A stretch of DNA of 64,000 nucleotides from the human T2T-CHM13v2.0 reference genome, Homo sapiens, in NCBI RefSeq assembly GCF_009914755.1, contig NC_060948.1. One strand, 5' to 3'. The translations under genes were made by a program, and so were the position numbers. How positions within the stretch are numbered: position 1 is the first letter of the stretch; the number at the start of each line of letters is the position of its first letter. Of this stretch, positions 1 to 11,881 are shown piece by piece. A model generated the notes under the pieces. That model searched no databases. It saw only the letters and a program-made list of their open reading frames with translations, and was not told the origin of the DNA.

Positions 1-1211
1 CGGTAATGGAATGGACTCGAATAGAATGGACACGAATGCTCAAATTGAATGGACTCGAATGGAATGGAAACGAAAGGAATGTCATCGAATGGAATTGAAT
101 GGATTGGAATGAAATCGCATAGAATGGAGTGGAATCAAATGGAATTGAATCGAAAGGAAAGGAAGCGAATGGACTGAAATGAAATGGAATGGAATTGAAT
201 GGAAAGTAATGCAATGGAATAGAATGGAACGAAATTTCACGGAATGGAATCAAACTGAATGGAATCAAATCAATGGAATCAAATCAAATGGAATGGAAAG
301 GAATTGAATGGAGTAGATTGGATTGGATGGGATTGGAATGAAATGTACTGGAAAGGACTCGAATTTCATGAAACGGAATGGAATGAATTGGAACGGAATG
401 GACTCGAATGGAATGGAATGTCATGGAATGGCATCAAATGGAATGGCATCAAATGGAATGGAATCGAATGCAATGGAATGCTATGGAATGGAATGGAATG
501 CATTGGAATGGAATGTCCTCTAATGGAATGGATTCGAGTGGAATGGAATCGAATATAATGGAGTCGAATGAAATGGAATTGAAAGGAATGGGATCGAATA
601 CAATGGAATATACTGGAATGTAATGTAATGAACTCGAATGTAATTGACTGGAATGGAATGTACATGAATGGAATGTAATCCAATGGAAAGTAATCCAATG
701 GAATACAATCTAATGCAATAAAATCGACTCAGATAGAGTAGAATGTAATGGAATGGAGTGCAGTGCAATGGAATGGAATGGAATGGAATGCAATGGAATG
801 GAATGGAATGGAATGGAATGGAATGGAATGGAATGGAATGGAATGGGATGGAATGGTATGGAATGGATAGTAATGGACTGGAGTGAAATGGACTGGAAAG
901 GAATGGACTCAAATTGAAAGGGCTCGAAAGGAATGGAGTCAAATGGAATGGTCTGGAATGGAATGAACACGAAAGTAATGCAATCCAATAGAATGGAATC
1001 GAATGGCATGGAATATAAAGAAATGGAATCGAAGAGAATGGAAACAAATGGAATGGAATTGAATGGAATGGAATTGAATGGAATGGGAACGAATGGAGTG
1101 AAATTGTATGCAGTAGAAGGGAATAGAATGGAATGCAAGCGAAAGGAAAGGAATGGATTGGAATGGAATGGAATTCATTGGAATGGAAGGGAATGTAGTG
1201 TAATGGACAGG
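1..1211 (-). repeat. Partial DYZ1 unit (window edge)
   Basis: Same landmarks as the last ~1.2 kb of each full unit, ending at the first GG^CC. Confidence 0.9.
791..860 (+). repeat. Near-pure (GGAAT)n length-variable tract, once per unit
   Basis: Run between the second CAATG after GTGCAGTGCA and GTATG/GTGTG: 13 pentamers here, 12 at 4340, 11 at 7908, 9 at 29284, 17 at 61349. Confidence 0.85.
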
Positions 1212-1227
1212 CCTGGAATAAAGTGGA
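1074..1227. other. 154-bp segment bounded by the classic DYZ1 sexing-PCR primer sites (Y1.1/Y1.2 as I recall them), once per unit
   Basis: TTGAATGGAATGGGAACGAATGG at 1074-1096 and GGACAGGCCTGGAATAAAGTGGA at 1205-1227. Primer identity is from memory; it supports the DYZ1 call. Confidence 0.7.
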
Positions 1228-1584
1228 ATGCTACGGTCTCGAATGGAATAAAAATGTATGGAATGGAATGCAATGAAACGGAATCGAATGTCATAGAATG
1301 TAATGGAATGCAAAAAAATGGAATCCAAAATCATTGACTGGAAAGGCTGGGTGTCGAAAGGAATTGACTCCAATGGAATGGAATCGAATGGAATGGAAGT
1401 GAATAGAATCGAACTAAATCGAATGGAATGGAATTGATAGGAACGGAATGGAAAGGAATGCAATGATTTGGCATGGAATGGAATCGAATGGCATCGAATG
1501 GAATGGAATGGAATGCAATGGAATGGAATGTATTAGAATGTAATGAACTTTAATGGAATGTACTCGAATGGATTCGACTGGAAT

Positions 1585-1599
1585 GGAATGTTCTGGAAG
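1585..1599. promoter_or_regulatory. Heat-shock element motif A (gGAAtgTTCtgGAAg), once per unit
   Basis: Exact match to nGAAnnTTCnnGAAn; seen in all 18 copies. Motif match only; binding not shown. Confidence 0.55.
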
Positions 1600-1869
1600 T
1601 GAATGGACTCCAATGGAATGGATTCAAAAGGAATGGAATCGTACGGAATGGAATCTAATGGAATGGAATTAAATGGAAATGAATCAAATTGAATAGCACG
1701 GAATTGAATTGAATGGAATGGAATGCAATGGAATCTAATGAAACGGAAAGGAATGGAATGGAATGGAATGGAATGGAATGGGCTGGAATGGAAAGGAATC
1801 GAAACGAATGGAATGGAATCGAACTGAAGAGACTGGAATGGAATGCACTGGAATGGAAGGGAGTGTAAT

Positions 1870-1884
1870 GGAAGGTTCTCGAAA
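1870..1884. promoter_or_regulatory. Heat-shock element motif B (gGAAggTTCtcGAAa), once per unit
   Basis: Exact match to nGAAnnTTCnnGAAn; seen in all 18 copies. Motif match only. Confidence 0.55.
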
Positions 1885-2895
1885 AAAATGGAATCGAATG
1901 GAATGGAATTGAATGGAACGGAATAGAGTCGAATGGAATTGAATGGAATGGAATGGACTAGAGTGAAATGGAATCGAACCACAAGGAATGGACAGGAATA
2001 GAATGGTCTCGAATTGAATGGAATCGTATGGAATGGCATCAAACGGAATGGAATGGACAGCCACGGAATGGAATGCACTCGAATGCAATGGAGTCGAAAC
2101 TAATGGACTGGAATTGAATGGACTCGACTGGTACGGACTCCAATGGAATGGAATCGAATGGAAGGGAATCGAACGGAATGGACTCGAAGGGAAAAGACTG
2201 CAATGGAAAGGTCTCGAATGGAATGGAAATTAATGGAATGGAATGGAATCGAATAAAATGGAGTCAAAAGGAATGGAATCGAATGGCAAGAAATCAAATG
2301 TAATGGAATCGCAAGGAATTGATGTGAACGGAATGGAATGGAATGGAATCCAAAGGAATGGAATAGAATGGAATGGAATCGAATGGAAAGGACTCGAATG
2401 GAAATCACTCGAATAGAATGCAATTTAATAAAATAGGATCAAATGTAATGGAATGGAATGGAAAGGAATCGAAACGAAAGGAATGGAGACAGATGGAATG
2501 GAATGGAACAGAGAGCAATGGTATAGAATGGAATGGAATCATCTGGAATGGAATTGAATGGAATGGAATAATATGAAATGGAATGGAATGGAATGGAATG
2601 GAATGCCCTTGAATTAAATGGACTGGAATGGAATGGACTCGAACAGAGTGGAATGGAAAGTGTTGAGATAGAATGGAATGGACTCCTTTGGAATGGTGTA
2701 GTATGCAATGCAATCGACTGGCAGGGAATCAAAAGGAATGTAATCGAATGGATTGGACTGGAATGCAATGGACTCGAATAGATTGGAAACGGAATGCAAA
2801 GGAATGGAATGGAATAGTATGGAATGGAATGGAAAGGAATGGAGTGGAATAGACTAGAGTGGAATGGAATGGACTGGAAAGCAATGGACTGGAAT

Positions 2896-2910
2896 GGAAC
2901 TTTCTTGAAT
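2896..2910. promoter_or_regulatory. Heat-shock element motif C (gGAActTTCttGAAt), once per unit
   Basis: Exact match to nGAAnnTTCnnGAAn; intact in 16 of 18 copies (last GAA is GGA at 52718 and 59886). Motif match only. Confidence 0.5.
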
Positions 2911-4755
2911 GGACTGGAATCAAACGGAATGGAATGCAATGCAATCAAATGGCATGGAATATAATAGAATGAAAGAGAATCAAATGGAATTGAATCGAAT
3001 GGAATCGAATGGATTGGAAAGGAATAGAATGGAATGGAATGGAATGGACTCGAATGGAAGGCAAAGGAATGGAATCTATTGGAATGGACTGTAATGGAAT
3101 GGAATGGAAGGGATTGGAATGGACTCGAATGGAATGGACTGCAATAGAAAGGATTCGAATGGAATGAAAAAGAATTGAATGGAATAGAACAGAATGGAAT
3201 CAAATCGAATGAAATGGAATGGAATAGAAAGGAATGGAATGAAATGGAATGGAAAGGATTCGAATGGAATGCAATCGAATGGAATGGAGTCGAACGGAAT
3301 GGAATAAAATGGAAGAAAACTGGCAAGAAATGGAATCGAAATGAATGGAGTGTTATGGAACGGACTCAAAAGGAATTGAATGTAATAGAATGGAGTGGAG
3401 TGGACTCGAATATAATGGACTGGAATGGAATGAAATCACATGGAATGGGAACGAATGGAATGGAATGGAAAGGAATGGAATCGAATGGAAAGGAATCGAA
3501 TGGAAGGGAATGAAATTGAATCAACAGGAATGGAAGGGAATAGAATAGACGGTAATGGAATGGACTCGAATAGAATGGACACGAATGCTCAAATTGAATG
3601 GACTCGAATGGAATGGAAACGAAAGGAATGTCATCGAATGGAATTGAATGGATTGGAATGAAATCGCATAGAATGGAGTGGAATCAAATGGAATTGAATC
3701 GAAAGGAAAGGAAGCGAATGGACTGAAATGAAATGGAATGGAATTGAATGGAAAGTAATGCAATGGAATAGAATGGAACGAAATTTCACGGAATGGAATC
3801 AAACTGAATGGAATCAAATCAATGGAATCAAATCAAATGGAATGGAAAGGAATTGAATGGAGTAGATTGGATTGGATGGGATTGGAATGAAATGTACTGG
3901 AAAGGACTCGAATTTCATGAAACGGAATGGAATGAATTGGAACGGAATGGACTCGAATGGAATGGAATGTCATGGAATGGCATCAAATGGAATGGCATCA
4001 AATGGAATGGAATCGAATGCAATGGAATGCTATGGAATGGAATGGAATGCATTGGAATGGAATGTCCTCTAATGGAATGGATTCGAGTGGAATGGAATCG
4101 AATATAATGGAGTCGAATGAAATGGAATTGAAAGGAATGGGATCGAATACAATGGAATATACTGGAATGTAATGTAATGAACTCGAATGTAATTGACTGG
4201 AATGGAATGTACATGAATGGAATGTAATCGAATGGAAAGTAATCCAATGGAATACAATCTAATGCAATAAAATCGACTCAGATAGAGTAGAATGTAATGG
4301 AATGGAGTGCAGTGCAATGGAATGGAATGGAATGGAATGCAATGGAATGGAATGGAATGGAATGGAATGGAATGGAATGGGATGGAATGGGATGGAATGG
4401 TATGGAATGGATAGTAATGGACTGGAGTGAAATGGACTGGAAAGGAATGGACTCAAATTGAAAGGGCTCGAAAGGAATGGAGTCAAATGGAATGGTCGGG
4501 AATGGAATGAACACGAAAGTAATGCAATCCAATAGAATGGAATCGAATGGCATGGAATATAAAGAAATGGAATCGAAGAGAATGGAAACAAATGGAATGG
4601 AATTGAATGGAATGGAATTGAATGGAATGGGAACGAATGGAGTGAAATTGTATGCAGTAGAAGGGAATAGAATGGAATGCAAGCGAAAGGAAAGGAATGG
4701 ATTGGAATGGAATGGAATTCATTGGAATGGAAGGGAATGTAGTGTAATGGACAGG

Positions 4756-7700
4756 CCTGGAATAAAGTGGAATGCTACGGTCTCGAATGGAATAAAAATG
4801 TATGGAATGGAATGCAATGAAACGGAATCGAATGTCATAGAATGTAATGGAATGCAAAAAAATGGAATCCAAAATCATTGACTGGAAAGGCTGGGTGTCG
4901 AAAGGAATTGACTCCAATGGAATGGAATCGAATGGAATGGAAGTGATAGAATCGAACTAAATCGAATGGAATGGAATTGATAGGAACGGAATGGAAAGGA
5001 ATGCAATGATTTGGCATGGAATGGAATCGAATGGCATCGAATGGAATGGAATGGAATGCAATGGAATGGAATGTATTAGAATGTAATGAACTTTAATGGA
5101 ATGTACTCGAATGGATTCGACTGGAATGGAATGTTCTGGAAGTGAATGGACTCCAATGGAATGGATTCAAAAGGAATGGAATCGTACGGAATGGAATCTA
5201 ATGGAATGGAATTAAATGGAAATGAATCAAATTGAATAGCACGGAATTGAATTGAATGGAATTGAATGCAATGGAATCTAATGAAACGGAAAGGAATGGA
5301 ATGGAATGGAATGGAATGGGCTGGAATGGAAAGGAATCGAAACGAATGGAATGGAATCGAACTGAAGAGACTGGAATGGAATGCACTGGAATGGAAGGGA
5401 GTGTAATGGAAGGTTCTCGAAAGAAATGGAATCGAATGGAATGGAATTGAATGGAACGGAATAGAGTCGAATGGAATTGAATGGAATGGAATGGACTAGA
5501 GTGAAATGGAATCGAACCACAAGGAATGGACAGGAATAGAATGGTCTCGAATTGAATGGAATCGTATGGAATGGCATCAAACGGAATGGAATGGACAGCC
5601 ACGGAATGGAATGCACTCGAATGCAATGGAGTCGAAACTAATGGACTGGAATAGAATGGACTCGACTGGTACGGACTCCAATGGAATGGAATCCAATGGA
5701 AGGGAATCGAACGGAATGGACTCGAAGGGAAAAGACTGCAATGGAAAGGTCTCGAATGGAATGGAAATTAATGGAATGGAATTGAATCGAATGAAATGGA
5801 GTCAAAATGAATGGAATCGAATGGCAAGAAATCGAATGTAATGGAATCGCAAGGAATTGATGTGAACGGAACGGAATGGAATGGAATCCAAAGGAATGGA
5901 ATAGAATGGAATGGAATCGAATGGAAAGGACTCGAATGGAAATCACTCGAATAGAATGCATTTTAATAAAATAGGATCAAATGTAATGTAATGGAATGGA
6001 AAGGAATCGAAACGAAAGGAATGCAGACAGATGGAATGGAATGGAACAGAGAGCAATGGTATAGAATGGAATGGAATCATCTGGAAAGGAATTGAATGGA
6101 ATGGAATAATATGAAATGGAATGGAATGGAATGGAATGGAATGCCCTTGAATTAAATGGACTGCAATGGAATGGACTCGAACAGAGTGGAATGGAAAGTG
6201 TTGAGATAGAATGGAATGGACTCCTTTGGAATGGTGTAGTATGCAATGCAATCGACTGGCAGGGAATGAAAAGGAATGTAATCGAATGGATTGGACTGGA
6301 ATGCAATGGACTCGAATAGATTGCAAACCGAATGCAAAGGAATGGAATGGAATAGTATGGAATGGAATGGAAAGGAATGGATTGGAATAGACTAGAGTGG
6401 AATGGAATTGACTGGAAAGAAATGGACTGGAATGGAACTTTCTTGAATGGACTGGAATCAAACGGAATGGAATGCAATGCAATCAAATGGCATGGAATAA
6501 AATAGAATGAAAGAGAATCAAATGGAATTGAATCGAATGGAATCGAATGGATTGGAAAGGAATAGAATGGAATGGAATGGAATTGACTCAAATGGAATGG
6601 ACTAGAATGGAATGGATTCGAATGGAAGGCAAAGGAATGGAATCTATTGGAATGGACTGTAATGGAATGGAATGGAAGGGATTGGAATGGACTCGAATGG
6701 AATGGACTGCAATAGAAAGGATTCGAATGGAATGAAAAAGAATTGAATGGAATAGAACAGAATGGAATCAAATCGAATGAAATGGAATGGAATAGAAAGG
6801 AATGGAATGAAATGGAATGGAAAGGATTCGAATGGAATGCAATCGAATGGAATGGAGTCGAACGGAATGGAATAAAATGGAAGAAAACTGGCAAGAAATG
6901 GAATCGAAATGAATGGAGTGTTATGGAACGGACTCAAAAGGAATTGAATGTAATAGAATGGAGTGGAGTGGACTCGAATATAATGGACTGGAATGGAATG
7001 AAATCACATGGAATGGGAACGAATGGAATGGAATGGAAAGGAATGGAATCGAATGGAAAGGAATCGAATGGAAGGGAATGAAATTGAATCAACAGGAATT
7101 GTAGGGAATAGAATAGACGGTAATGGAATGGACTCGAATAGAATGGACACGAATGCTCAAATTGAATGGACTCGAATGGAATGGAAACGAAAGGAATGTC
7201 ATCGAATGGAATTGAATCGATTGGAATCAAATCGCATAGAATGGAGTGGAATCAAATGGAATTGAATCGAAAGGAAAGGAAGCGAATGGACTGAAATGAA
7301 ATGGAATGGAATTGAATGGAAAGTAATGCAATGGAATAGAATGGAACGAAATTTCACGGAATGGAATCAAACTGAATGGAATCAAATCAATGGAATCAAA
7401 TCAAATGGAATGGAAAGGAATTGAATGGAGTAGATTGGATTGGATGGGATTGGAATGAAATGTACTGGAAAGGACTCGAATTTCATGAAACGGAATGGAA
7501 TGAATTGGAACGGAATGGACTCGAATGGAATGGAATGTCATGGAATGGCATCAAATGGAATGGCATCAAATGGAATGGAATCGAATGCAATGGAATGCTA
7601 TGGAATGGAATGGAATGCATTGGAATGGAATGTCCTCTAATGGAATGGATTCGAGTGGAATGGAATCGAATATAATGGAGTCGAATGAAATGGAATTGAA

Positions 7701-8318
7701 AGGAATGGGATCGAATACAATGGAATATACTGGAATGTAATGTAATGAACTCGAATGTAATTGACTGGAATGGAATGTACATGAATGGAATGTAATCGAA
7801 TGGAAAGTAATCCAATGGAATACAATCTAATGCAATAAAATCGACTCAGATAGAGTAGAATGTAATGGAATGGAGTGCAGTGCAATGGAATGGAATGGAA
7901 TGGAATGCAATGGAATGGAATGGAATGGAATGGAATGGAATGGGATGGAATGGGATGGAATGGTATGGAATGGATAGTAATGGACTGGAGTGAAATGGAC
8001 TGGAAAGGAATGGACTCAAATTGAAAGGGCTCGAAAGGAATGGAGTCAAATGGAATGGTCTGGAATGGAATGAACACGAAAGTAATGCAATCCAATAGAA
8101 TGGAATCGAATGGCATGGAATATAAAGAAATGGAATCGAAGAGAATGGAAACAAATGGAATGGAATTGAATGGAATGGAATTGAATGGAATGGGAACGAA
8201 TGGAGTGAAATTGTATGCAGTAGAAGGGAATAGAATGGAATGCAAGCGAAAGGAAAGGAATGGATTGGAATGGAATGGAATTCATTGGAATGGAAGGGAA
8301 TGTAGTGTAATGGACAGG
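4756..8318 (-). repeat. DYZ1 unit 2 (3563 bp)
   Basis: HaeIII-to-HaeIII; 1-bp deletion GAAGTGATAG near 4946. Confidence 0.9.
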
Positions 8319-11300
8319 CCTGGAATAAAGTGGAATGCTACGGTCTCGAATGGAATAAAAATGTATGGAATGGAATGCAATGAAACGGAATCGAATGTCA
8401 TAGAATGTAATGGAATGCAAAAAAATGGAATCCAAAATCATTGACTGGAAAGGCTGGGTGTCGAAAGGAATTGACTCCAATGGAATGGAATCCAATGGAA
8501 TGGAAGTGATAGAATCGAACTAAATCGAATGGAATGGAATTGATAGGAACGGAATGGAAAGGAATGCAATGATTTGGCATGGAATGGAATCGAATGGCAT
8601 CGAATGGAATGGTATGGAATGCAACGGAATGGAATGTATTAGAATGTAATGAACTTTAATGGAATGTACTCGAATGGATTCGACTGGAATGGAATGTTCT
8701 GGAAGTGAATGGACTCCAATGGAATGGATTCAAAAGGAATGGAATCGTTCGGAATGGAATCTAATGGAATGGAATTAAATGGAAATGAATCAAATTGAAT
8801 AGCACGGAATGGAATTGAATGGAATGGAATGCAATGGAATCTAATGAAACGGAAAGGAAAGGAATGGAATGGAATGGAATGGGCTGGAATGGAAAGGAAT
8901 CGAAACGAATGGAATGGAATCGAACTGAAGAGACTGGAATGGAATGCACTGGAATGGAAGGGAGTGTAATGGAAGGTTCTCGAAAAAAATGGAATCGAAT
9001 GGAATGGAATTGAATGGAACGGAATAGAGTCGAATGGAATTGAATGGAATGGAATGGACTAGAGTGAAATGGAATCGAACCACAAGGAATGGACAGGAAT
9101 AGAATGGTCTCGAATTGAATGGAATCGTATGGAATGGCATCAAACGGAATGGAATGGACAGCCACGGAATGGAATGCACTCGAATGCAATGGAGTCGAAA
9201 CTAATGGACTGGAATAGAATGGACTCGACTGGTACGGACTCCAATGGAATGGAATCGAATGGAAGGGAATCGAACGGAATGGACTCGAAGGGAAAAGACT
9301 GCAATGGAAAGGTCTCGAATGGAATGGAAATTAATGGAATGGAATGGAATCGAATGAAATGGAGTCAAAAGGAATGGAATCGAATGGCAAGAAATCGAAT
9401 GTAATGGAATCGCAAGGAATTGATGTGAACGGAACGGAATGGAATGGAATCCAAAGGAATGGAATAGAATGGAATGGAATCGAATGGAAAGGACTCGAAT
9501 GGAAATCACTCGAATAGAATGCAATTTAATAAAATAGGATCAAATGTAATGGAATGGAATGGAAAGGAATCGAAACGAAAGGAATGGAGACAGATGGAAT
9601 GGAATGGAACAGAGAGCAATGGTATAGAATGGAATGGAATCATCTGGAAAGGAATTGAATGGAATGGAATAATATGAAATGGAATGGAATGGAATGGAAT
9701 GGAATGCCCTTGAATTAAATGGACTGGAATGGAATGGACTCGAACAGAGTGGAATGGAAAGTGTTGAGATAGAATGGAATGGACTCCTTTGGAATGGTGT
9801 AGTATGCAATGCAATCGACTGGCAGGGAATCAAAAGGAATGTAATGGAATGGATTGGACTGGAATGCAATGGACTCGAATAGATTGGAAACGGAATGCAA
9901 AGGAATGGAATGGAATAGTATGGAATGTAATGGAAAGGAATGGAGTGGAATAGACTAGAGTGGAATGGAATGGACTGGAAAGAAATGGACTGGAATGGAA
10001 CTTTCTTGAATGGACTGGAATCAAACGGAATGGAATGCAATGCAATCAAATGGCATGGAATAAAATAGAATGAAAGAGAATCAAATGGAATTGAATCGAA
10101 TGGAATCGAATGGATTGGAAAGGAATAGAATGGAATGGAATGGAATTGACTCAAATGGAATGGACTAGAATGGAATGGATTCGAATGGAAGGCAAAGGAA
10201 TGGAATCTATTGGAATGGACTGTAATGGAATGGAATGGAAGGGATTGGAATGGACTCGAATGGAATGGACTGCAATAGAAAGGATTCGAATGGAATGAAA
10301 AAGAATTGAATGGAATAGAACAGAATGGAATCAAATCGAATGAAATGGAATGGAATAGAAAGGAATGGAATGAAATGGAATGGAAAGGATTCGAATGGAA
10401 TGCAATCGAATGGAATGGAGTCGAACGGAATGGAATAAAATGGAAGAAAACTGGCAAGAAATGGAATCGAAATGAATGGAGTGTTATGGAACGGACTCAA
10501 AAGGAATTGAATGTAATAGAATGGAGTGGAGTGGACTCGAATATAATGGACTGGAATGGAATGAAATCACATGGAATGGGAACGAATGGAATGGAATGGA
10601 AAGGAATGGAATCGAATGGAAAGGAATCGAATGGAAGGGAATGAAATTGAATCAACAGGAATGGTAGGGAATAGAATAGACGGTAATGGAATGGACTCGA
10701 ATAGAATGGACACGAATGCTCAAATTGAATGGACTCGAATGGAATGGAAACGAAAGGAATGTCATCGAATGGAATTGAATCGATTGGAATGAAATCGCAT
10801 AGAATGGAGTGGAATCAAATGGAATTGAATCGAAAGGAAAGGAAGCGAATGGACTGAAATGAAATGGAATGGAATTGAATGGAAAGTAATGCAATGGAAT
10901 AGAATGGAACGAAATTTCACGGAATGGAATCAAAGTGAATGGAATCAAATCAATGGAATCAAATCCAATGGAATGGAAAGGAATTGAATGGAGTAGATTG
11001 GATTGGATGGGATTGGAATGAAATGTACTGGAAAGGACTCGAATTTCATGAAACGGAATGGAATGAATTGGAACGGAATGGACTCGAATGGAATGGAATG
11101 TCATGGAATGGCATCAAATGGAATGGCATCAAATGGAATGGAATCGAATGCAATGGAATGCTATGGAATGGAATGGAATGCATTGGAATGGAATGTCCTC
11201 TAATGGAATGGATTCGAGTGGAATGGAATCGAATATAATGGAGTCGAATGAAATGGAATTGAAAGGAATGGGATCGAATACAATGGAATATACTGGAATG

Positions 11301-11881
11301 TAATGTAATGAACTCGAATGTAATTGACTGGAATGGAATGTACATGAATGGAATGTAATCGAATGGAAAGTAATCCAATGGAATAGAATCTAATGCAATA
11401 AAATCGACGCAGATAGAGTAGAATGTAATGGAATGGAGTGCAGTGCAATGCAATGGAATGGAATGGAATGCAATGGAATGGAATGGAATGGAATGGAATG
11501 GAATGGGATGGAATGGGATGGAATGGTATGGAATGGATAGTAATGGACTGGAGTGAAATGGACTGGAAAGGAATGGACTCAAATTGAAAGGGCTCGAAAG
11601 GAATGGAGTCAAATGGAATGGTCTGGAATGGAATGAACACGAATGTAATGCAATCCAATAGAATGGAATCGAATGGCATGGAATATAAAGAAATGGAATC
11701 GAAGAGAATGGAAACAAATGGAATGGAATTGAATGGAATGGAATTGAATGGAATGGGAACGAATGGAGTGAAATTGTATGCAGTAGAAGGGAATAGAATG
11801 GAATGCAAGCGAAAGGAAAGGAATGGATTGGAATGGAATGGAATTCATTGGAATGGAAGGGAATGTAGTGTAATGGACAGG
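8319..11881 (-). repeat. DYZ1 unit 3 (3563 bp)
   Basis: HaeIII-to-HaeIII; same 1-bp deletion near 8509. Confidence 0.9.

Larger units (their letters stand above)
1212..4755 (-). repeat. DYZ1 unit 1 (3544 bp)
   Basis: HaeIII-to-HaeIII; 30-bp deletion near 3045, two +5 pentamer gains. Confidence 0.9.

Noticed and set aside
262-335. GAATCAAATCA and GATTGGATTGG as DUX4 or NF-Y sites
   Set aside because: Imperfect or very short matches expected by chance in this composition.
231-373. GAAATTTCACGGA and palindrome TTTCATGAAA as additional HSEs
   Set aside because: The first has GGA in the third position. The second has only a two-unit TTCnnGAA with wrong spacing to the upstream GAA. Neither was counted as a full element.
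841-860. G-quadruplex potential at GGGATGGAATGGG
   Set aside because: Only isolated GGG runs; no four closely spaced G3 tracts.
716-3310. AATAAA hexamers (~717, 1217, 1247, 2427, 3303)
   Set aside because: They are easily produced by drift from GAATGGAAT in an A-rich strand. No downstream GU/U-rich element or transcript evidence is visible.
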